Virus record (IMG/VR): IMGVR_UViG_3300047095_000752
Location: 181,226-245,225 of that record
Strand: one strand, 5' to 3'
Length of the DNA stretch: 64,000 nt
Every line of letters begins with the position of its first letter. The first letter of the stretch is position 1. Of this stretch, positions 57,765-64,000 are shown one piece after another. The notes beneath the pieces were generated by a model that did no database searches, was not told where the DNA came from, and worked only from the letters and a program-made list of their open reading frames with translations. A program made the position numbers and the translations under genes.

Positions 57765-59069
57765 ATGCAATTTGACAAACTTATTTATGAAGATGAAGAT
57801 TTAGTGGGAGAGAATTCTGTTCCACAATCTATTGTTATAAATAATACTTCCGGTGGGACTGTTGTTATTCATCAAGCCCCCGGTATGTTACCAACGGTGT
57901 CAACTATTCCGCCTACGGGAGTTCCACCCGAAGGAATTGCTGATGCTCCCCAACAGCCATATTATGACGATGAGAATGAAATTCAACCATCTATCGACCC
58001 GCCTGTACCGGATGCACAACAGATGCCCGAGGCACCACAATATGATCCCCAAGCTTCACAAGAATTTCCTCAACCCTATGACGATGAAGAATTTAACCCC
58101 CAGACAGATTTGCCTAATGGAAATGGTAACGAACTCCCTTATTACGATGATGATGCTGAAGAATATAATGAAGAACCTTTACCACCTCAAGAAGTAGCCC
58201 AAGCTGAAACTCCCCCATCAGATCCGATGGCTGGAGTTCCTGTTGATCCTAATGTTCAACCTCAATTTGCTACATATGATGATTTTGCTCCACCTCAAGA
58301 ACAAACGGAAATGCCTCAAGAAGGTCAGCCCGCACAAACTCCATATTACGAGGATGACCCCCAGATTGATCCCGCCACCGGACAACCAATGGAGCCACAG
58401 ATTGACCCAGCAACCGGACAAGCTGTAGCTCCCCAAGAATCAGGTGTAGACCCTGCTACAGGTCAGCCGGTAGCTCCCCAGATTGATCCCGCTACGGGGC
58501 AGCCTATGGATCCTGCAACCCAAGGCGGAATAGACCCAGCGACAGGTCAACCGATGGCTCCTCAAATCGACCCAGCCACGGGTATGCCTATGGATCCTGC
58601 CGCTCAAGGTGGAATCGACCCTGCTACAGGTCAGCCGATTCCCCCCGCTGGTGGACAAATCGACCCAATGACTGGTATGCCAGTGGATCCAATGGCTGCA
58701 GCGTCCGACCCGTACACATCATCTTGGACTGACGAAAAGCAACCCGACGGTCGTGTCGGTAACTCATCTGAAGTTACAACAGGTAGACCAATCCCAGTTG
58801 AAGATATTTCTAAAATAACAGAACTTAAAAAAATCAATTCTCAATTAATGCGTATTAGAGGAATTCTTGAAAAAGAACTTGATAAATCATATAACGCAGT
58901 AGAAGAAAAATTAACCGAAGCCATTGATTATTTTAGAACTATTATTGCAAACTTAGATTCATACGTAAATCAAATCGACGATATAATCACAAAATACAAG
59001 AGATTTATTGTTACGGTTTTAACTCAAATTAATATATTGAAGAAACAAGAAATGGAAGATAAAAAGTAA
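57765..59069 (+). CDS. Pro/Gln/Asp-rich putative prohead scaffold/core protein
   Basis: between portal and protease; IDPATGQP repeats; helical C-terminus. Confidence 0.6.
   Translation: MQFDKLIYEDEDLVGENSVPQSIVINNTSGGTVVIHQAPGMLPTVSTIPPTGVPPEGIADAPQQPYYDDENEIQPSIDPPVPDAQQMPEAPQYDPQASQEFPQPYDDEEFNPQTDLPNGNGNELPYYDDDAEEYNEEPLPPQEVAQAETPPSDPMAGVPVDPNVQPQFATYDDFAPPQEQTEMPQEGQPAQTPYYEDDPQIDPATGQPMEPQIDPATGQAVAPQESGVDPATGQPVAPQIDPATGQPMDPATQGGIDPATGQPMAPQIDPATGMPMDPAAQGGIDPATGQPIPPAGGQIDPMTGMPVDPMAAASDPYTSSWTDEKQPDGRVGNSSEVTTGRPIPVEDISKITELKKINSQLMRIRGILEKELDKSYNAVEEKLTEAIDYFRTIIANLDSYVNQIDDIITKYKRFIVTVLTQINILKKQEMEDKK
58364..58695 (+). repeat. coding tandem repeat (Q/G)IDPATGQP(M/V), about eight copies
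   Basis: visible in translation; codons degenerate. Confidence 0.85.
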
Positions 59070-59099
59070 TTTTAATATTATACTTATAGGAGTATATAA

Positions 59100-59858
59100 A
59101 TGTATATTTTACAAGATGATACAAACATTAGAGCGATTCCACGTCGAATCAAATCATTTAAGTCAAAACCCTACATTCAAATGGAATGTATTTTACAAAC
59201 TGCAAATGAACTTAATAGAAATAAGAGAAGTTACGATAAACAGACCTTACAAGAATCTATTAATAAAATCATGCCCAGAATTAAAGGTAAAGAATTCGTA
59301 GGTGAACTCGACCACCCCGTAAGTAAAGACCCCGGTCGTCAGCTAACCGTTCTTTATAAAGAATGTTCACACGTAATTACAGAACTTGGTTGGGACGGCA
59401 ATTCCCTAATCGGCGTGCTGGAAACTACAAACACACCAAATGGTCAAATTTTAAAAGGATTAGCTGAACAGGGGATTCCGGTTGGATTCTCATACCGAGG
59501 CATGGGTGATTTACGTCCTACCTTAGAAAATGGTCAACAGACTTTTAAAGTTGTAGGTCCTTTACATACAGTGACTTGGGATAGTGTTTCATTTCCTTCC
59601 CACCCAACTGCAAGAATGACTAGAATTTCAGAAGGTGTTGGTTATAACAATAACAATTTTGATAAAAATGCAAGTGCTGACCCAATTAAAGTTACAGATC
59701 AAATTTCAAAGATGATTTTCGAATCAATCGACTTAAGTACTATTACAGAAAATAGAAATAATTATATTTGTACTGAGAATGGTGTTTGTTACCTTCCAAA
59801 CGATTTTGACAAATTAGTAGAATTAAGAAAAAAACATCTTTTAGGATTATTTAGATAA
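59100..59858 (+). CDS. prohead core protease (T4 gp21-like)
   Basis: NRNKRSY, GELDHP, TPNG.IL, GFSYRGMG, TWDSVSFPSH. Confidence 0.92.
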   Translation: MYILQDDTNIRAIPRRIKSFKSKPYIQMECILQTANELNRNKRSYDKQTLQESINKIMPRIKGKEFVGELDHPVSKDPGRQLTVLYKECSHVITELGWDGNSLIGVLETTNTPNGQILKGLAEQGIPVGFSYRGMGDLRPTLENGQQTFKVVGPLHTVTWDSVSFPSHPTARMTRISEGVGYNNNNFDKNASADPIKVTDQISKMIFESIDLSTITENRNNYICTENGVCYLPNDFDKLVELRKKHLLGLFR

Positions 59859-60481
59859 TGGCAATTACAATCCCAACCCAAATTAGATCCGTTGATCCAT
59901 ACGCAGATCATAGATTTTCAAACACCATAAATAGATTCAATAGAATCTTTACGGCTGGTTTGGATACTATCATGCCGTTTGATGATCAAGAATTCACCTT
60001 AACTAAAATGACCTCCGGAGGTACCGCCACACCCGGTGGGTCCGGTTATCCAACTTATACTTGGAATGCTAATAAAGCTGTTAAGATTGGACCGGGATTG
60101 TGTATTAAAGATGATACCTTAATTCATATTAGACATGATGCGTATCTTGATTTTGAAGATACTGATAATTATGTTGGAACTGATGTTGGCTTTAATCAAT
60201 TCAATGCAACTGGTAAATATTTTATTCTTTTACATTATGTTTATTCCAGATCCATTCCAGCACCTCAAGCTACATATGTAATTGCAAAACAGAGATTAGA
60301 GTTTTTAAATAATAGAGATAAGTATATTTATCTTGGTACAGCAAATGTTATTTCAAGTGCTGGATATTCTATTGATACTATCGATTTAACTGATATTGAT
60401 GAAAGTATTAATAATGATGTTATATCAAGACCTAATTATAAATTTGTATTACCACTTGTAGATGGTGGAGAAATTGTCTAA
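59858..60481 (+). CDS. probable structural protein ending VDGGEIV
   Basis: follows protease; paralogue of next gene. Confidence 0.6.
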   Translation: MAITIPTQIRSVDPYADHRFSNTINRFNRIFTAGLDTIMPFDDQEFTLTKMTSGGTATPGGSGYPTYTWNANKAVKIGPGLCIKDDTLIHIRHDAYLDFEDTDNYVGTDVGFNQFNATGKYFILLHYVYSRSIPAPQATYVIAKQRLEFLNNRDKYIYLGTANVISSAGYSIDTIDLTDIDESINNDVISRPNYKFVLPLVDGGEIV

Positions 60482-61134
60482 TGAGCGTCATTCCGATTCA
60501 AGATACGTATTTATCACCTTTTTGTGATGATAGTCCAGAAGGACTTGGTCAATGGATTTCAGTTTATAATCTATTTGTTAGAAGAGGTAATTACACTTAT
60601 GTCGGACAAAACTCTATTAGATTTAGTACATTAGACCACCTGTCCGCTCCATTACCTAATGTAAGTGCCAGAGTTTATGATAATTCCGGATACGATTTCG
60701 AAATGACAGCATCAACAGCGTCCACCGTTACACTTAGAGGTGGGATTGTTGTAGTAAATAATACTGTTATTGAACTTGAAGGATTTACTACAAACTTTAG
60801 CGAACTAGCTGGACACTGGGCACCGGGTAACTTATATGGTACTTGGAATTTTTCAAACAATTCCACCGACTCAGCATTTATGTGTGTTTTATACGATCCA
60901 TATATGCCAGACGGAACCATAAACCCAACCGAACCCGGCGCTAGAATAGTATATGTAACGGTCGGTGATTTAGACTATAGTGTTATGGCTCCAATTTGGT
61001 TAATTAAAGTAACTAAAACAGGATCCACAGTTACAAATGTGCAGTTATTATTAGAAACTGTTGGTGTAACCCCAAAAGTAGAACAAATTGGCTATTGGAA
61101 AAATTTTATAGTAGATGGTGGAAATTTTGTATAA
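60481..61134 (+). CDS. probable structural protein ending VDGGNFV
   Basis: paralogue of previous gene. Confidence 0.6.
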   Translation: MSVIPIQDTYLSPFCDDSPEGLGQWISVYNLFVRRGNYTYVGQNSIRFSTLDHLSAPLPNVSARVYDNSGYDFEMTASTASTVTLRGGIVVVNNTVIELEGFTTNFSELAGHWAPGNLYGTWNFSNNSTDSAFMCVLYDPYMPDGTINPTEPGARIVYVTVGDLDYSVMAPIWLIKVTKTGSTVTNVQLLLETVGVTPKVEQIGYWKNFIVDGGNFV

Positions 61135-61171
61135 GAATATTATATAATAAATAGGAGTTATAAATAACGAT

Positions 61172-64000
61172 ATGAGTAATACTACAATTAAATTAAAACG
61201 TACAGACTTCGCCGCCTCTATAGATGCTATAGTTCTACAACGCGGCGAACCTGCAATCGATTTTGATAGACAAATTCTATGGGTTGGTGATGGTGATGTG
61301 AATTTACAATTCGCCGCCGTTAATTCCGATGCCGCCTCTCATTCTGTTACATCAGCGGGTGAGTCTGGTGATGTACATACAGTAACAGTTACCAAATATG
61401 GTTCTGTTCTTAAAGGGACTGCTACAACCAAGGCTTCTTTCCAACGACTTGGATTCTACGATCTTGGTGATATTGCAGTTTTACCTTCAACCAATGCTTC
61501 CTTCCCTTCGCAAGATGTATCTGATACAACTGGTATATTAAGTCGTTGGCACTGGATTGAAAAGACGCATGCTGGTCCCCGTAGATCTTTATTTATGACC
61601 AATACCTCTATTAGCGGTGTTGGTACGGGATCTAATGGATCTGGTATGGGTAATATGCGTCACGCTGGTGGTGCTAGTGCCGCAGACCTAACTGGTTATC
61701 GGGTTGAAGCTCTGTCTTACGAATATGCCGGTGATATGTTAATGACAAATCCGGAATTTGATGGCGGCGGCTCTCACGTCCTTGTAGTAGATTATACAAG
61801 TAGCTTATCAAACAATGTATTAAAATTCCGTAGACTACTCGCTGCTGATATTGAAGGTGGATCTCCTGTACATGAAATGACATCGGATTCACACAGTTGT
61901 TCCGCATCACTGATATATTATTCTCGCGGGGTTAATGACATGACCTCTTTAAGTTTCTTAAGCGGTACTGTTGCCGGTAAAGTTATTAAAAGAGCTAGTT
62001 CAACAGCGCTTGAATGGAGTACTGTTGATTGGTCTGAAATTACAGGTAATTTTAATCCCGACCTTGGTTCCGTGGCTGCAAATAATAATACAATGCGATT
62101 TGATGCTACACTTAGTCGTTGGGTTATAAATCCGTATGTAAACAGTATTAACGACTCAGCCGCCGGTTGGAATGGTCACGAGATTATAAATACCGGGTTC
62201 ACAGGTAGAACGATTGGTACTACGTATAAAGCGTATTCCGGTTCAACAGTTATAAGTACGGTTGAAATGTGTTTACCCGGATCTACTAAAAAGGTCAATC
62301 AATATTATATCGGAAGTAATGACGGTGGGTTTGTATTTAATATTAAAGGTAACCACGACCAATTTCTATTTTATGCTGGTAACAATCCTGATGCTGGAGA
62401 TGTTCCGAACTTCTGGATTCGTAAAACAGGCGGGGTTAGAATTCAAGCGACAACTAGACATGACAATCTTTTTGCATTAACAAATTCCGGGACTCCAGCA
62501 AAATCAGCCGATCTTGAAATTGGTAGTAAAACCAACACCCGGCAAATTGTATTTGATTCCGCGTCTCGCCCATCATTACCCGAATACTCTGGTATATTAA
62601 TAAGTGAAACCAGTATTAGACAAGACCACGCCACCGCCGTAGCAACTGCCGAGGTTGCAGGTCTGAGAATAGATAATATAACATACACATCCGGAAGCGG
62701 CGCTCCAGACTACACAAATCCATGCCAACCTACATATATGCTCCGACTTGGAAATGTATCATCAACCAATACAACAATTGGTGCACGATTTGGCAGTGTA
62801 ACTGTAACCGAACGTGTAATAGATCCAACAATTACAGGTAGAACTGCGTGTGGTCTATATTTCGATAGTATTCGTAATGCTAGAGACGAGACTGGTAGTA
62901 ATGCGTTTGGGATTCGGTTTGATCAAATTGTTGCAGGTTATGGGAGCACCACTGCCGGTGGGTCCGCTTATGGGGTTAACATTGGTGGTGTTTCTGGGTT
63001 CATTGACGCATATGGTTTCAATTTCAGTACATCTATTACAGGTAAGCGAAATGCATATGGTATTAATATCAATGCCATATCAAATGACACCGGGGTCGCC
63101 CCATCAACTACAGCATCAAATACAATCGGTCTAAACATTGGTTCTATTAGAAATGGTGCTAATGTTGCTGGTATTTCAATTACCGATATAACTTCGGGCG
63201 ATACTACTAAAAAGACAGTTGGATTATTTATAAATCTTGGTGCAAATACTAGTTTACAGTCTACTTCTGTAGCGACCAACGATCCCCATGTAATTTATGC
63301 TATAGGTGGTAAAACGTATTTAGGTGGAGCGACAACACTAGGATGGACCGGCGTCGGAACTACCCTAACTGTATTAGGGCAAACCGTACTACAATCATCA
63401 TTGGCAGTTTGGACTAGTGTAACTATATCACAAGCCCTAGCAGTCGGTAACAGTAGTATACCGGATACAAACTACGTATCTAATTTTTATGGTGATGTTA
63501 AAATTAGACGAATCGGAGCACAAGGGGTTGGGCGTCGACTCTCAATTGACGGTAACGGGACGGATGAAGTGTTCGGCGGCGGTCAATTAATATCATCCGT
63601 AATTTCTATTGAGCGGGGTCATATTGATGTAACATCTGGTGACTTGAGGTTATATAGTGGTATTGTTCGGGATAATACGTTTGATAGTACCATTTTAGAT
63701 CAAGGTACCAGTACCGACGAGTACTTAAAAGCTGGTAATGGCACTGTAATCGATGTATCTAAATATCGTACCTTAATATTAACTACTTCAACCGCAGGAT
63801 CTCCTGTCGGGAACACTCCACATTCTATATGGAGAATAAAGCCCGGATATAATGGGCAAAGATTAACATTAGTTGCTAGAATTGCTGCTACATCCGCCAC
63901 CAAACGATATATAGAATTACAGGGCGCTGATACAGACAATATAAACGACTCAAATAGACAATCGAATATAGTCATTGAGAAGAGTGATTATTTTGACGAT
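61172..64000 (+). CDS. fibre/spike-like protein with Mtd_N-type N-terminus, runs off the right edge
   Basis: MSNTTIKLKR...LQRGEPAIDFD..ILWVGDG; Gly/Ser/Thr-rich beta-repeat region; same frame open at the window end and no stop reported by the ORF track. Confidence 0.8.
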   Translation, partial: MSNTTIKLKRTDFAASIDAIVLQRGEPAIDFDRQILWVGDGDVNLQFAAVNSDAASHSVTSAGESGDVHTVTVTKYGSVLKGTATTKASFQRLGFYDLGDIAVLPSTNASFPSQDVSDTTGILSRWHWIEKTHAGPRRSLFMTNTSISGVGTGSNGSGMGNMRHAGGASAADLTGYRVEALSYEYAGDMLMTNPEFDGGGSHVLVVDYTSSLSNNVLKFRRLLAADIEGGSPVHEMTSDSHSCSASLIYYSRGVNDMTSLSFLSGTVAGKVIKRASSTALEWSTVDWSEITGNFNPDLGSVAANNNTMRFDATLSRWVINPYVNSINDSAAGWNGHEIINTGFTGRTIGTTYKAYSGSTVISTVEMCLPGSTKKVNQYYIGSNDGGFVFNIKGNHDQFLFYAGNNPDAGDVPNFWIRKTGGVRIQATTRHDNLFALTNSGTPAKSADLEIGSKTNTRQIVFDSASRPSLPEYSGILISETSIRQDHATAVATAEVAGLRIDNITYTSGSGAPDYTNPCQPTYMLRLGNVSSTNTTIGARFGSVTVTERVIDPTITGRTACGLYFDSIRNARDETGSNAFGIRFDQIVAGYGSTTAGGSAYGVNIGGVSGFIDAYGFNFSTSITGKRNAYGININAISNDTGVAPSTTASNTIGLNIGSIRNGANVAGISITDITSGDTTKKTVGLFINLGANTSLQSTSVATNDPHVIYAIGGKTYLGGATTLGWTGVGTTLTVLGQTVLQSSLAVWTSVTISQALAVGNSSIPDTNYVSNFYGDVKIRRIGAQGVGRRLSIDGNGTDEVFGGGQLISSVISIERGHIDVTSGDLRLYSGIVRDNTFDSTILDQGTSTDEYLKAGNGTVIDVSKYRTLILTTSTAGSPVGNTPHSIWRIKPGYNGQRLTLVARIAATSATKRYIELQGADTDNINDSNRQSNIVIEKSDYFDD

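Noticed and set aside
58364-58695. CRISPR-like or non-coding repeat array
   Set aside because: Repeats are degenerate at third codon positions and encode IDPATGQP; no constant repeat-spacer structure was seen here or elsewhere
1-64000. Archaeal or eukaryotic virus suggested by TATA-like promoter motif
   Set aside because: Shine-Dalgarno sites, sigma70 and sigma54 promoters, intrinsic terminators, PEP-CTERM and T4-like head genes indicate a bacterial host
1-64000. Stop-codon reassignment to explain runs of short ORFs
   Set aside because: Conserved genes (nrdJ, portal, helicase, GH9) are full length in code 11, and the short ORFs change frame and overlap rather than continuing in frame
61172-64000. 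Diversity-generating retroelement (Mtd-like N-terminus)
   Set aside because: No reverse transcriptase and no TR/VR pair visible in the window; the gene's C-terminus lies outside it
1-64000. tRNA or rRNA genes
   Set aside because: No cloverleaf with T-loop GTTCRA and matching acceptor stem recognised by eye; tRNAscan would be needed to exclude them

Overview
A 64 kb segment of an AT-rich (roughly one-third GC by eye) large tailed bacteriophage with a T4-superfamily head module: gp20-like portal, Pro-rich putative scaffold, gp21-like prohead protease and gp13-like neck protein. It also carries replication, repair and nucleotide genes: thyX, class II RNR nrdJ, RNase H/FEN-like nuclease, Hjc-like resolvase, RecA/UvsX, DnaB/gp41 helicase and PIN-PhoH with a class 3 intein. 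Five free-standing homing-endonuclease-like genes are present. The main unannotated structure is a layered promoter system. (1) About ten copies of AYTATATATAT-N7-YG head small cassettes, many ending in terminators; the cargo is conspicuously GC-rich orphans, arrays of divergent small paralogues, a 27-aa amphipathic peptide, a stand-alone CARF protein, or nothing at all. (2) About nine copies of GGACAAAT (GACA-N6-YR) precede mostly structural genes. (3) Host-type sigma70 promoters and one sigma54 promoter are also present. Accessory content points to a host-surface/glycan toolkit: a PEP-CTERM protein that keeps a sigma54 promoter, an HldE-type nucleotidyltransferase, three GT9-like glycosyltransferases, two methyltransferases and a GH9 glycoside hydrolase. 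Candidate counter-defence features are a catalytically dead terminase-ATPase copy, the stand-alone RtcR-type CARF, split LigD Pol and PE domains, and near-complete CCWGG avoidance. An actin/MreB-fold ATPase is also encoded. All family calls are from motif recognition by eye; no searches were run.
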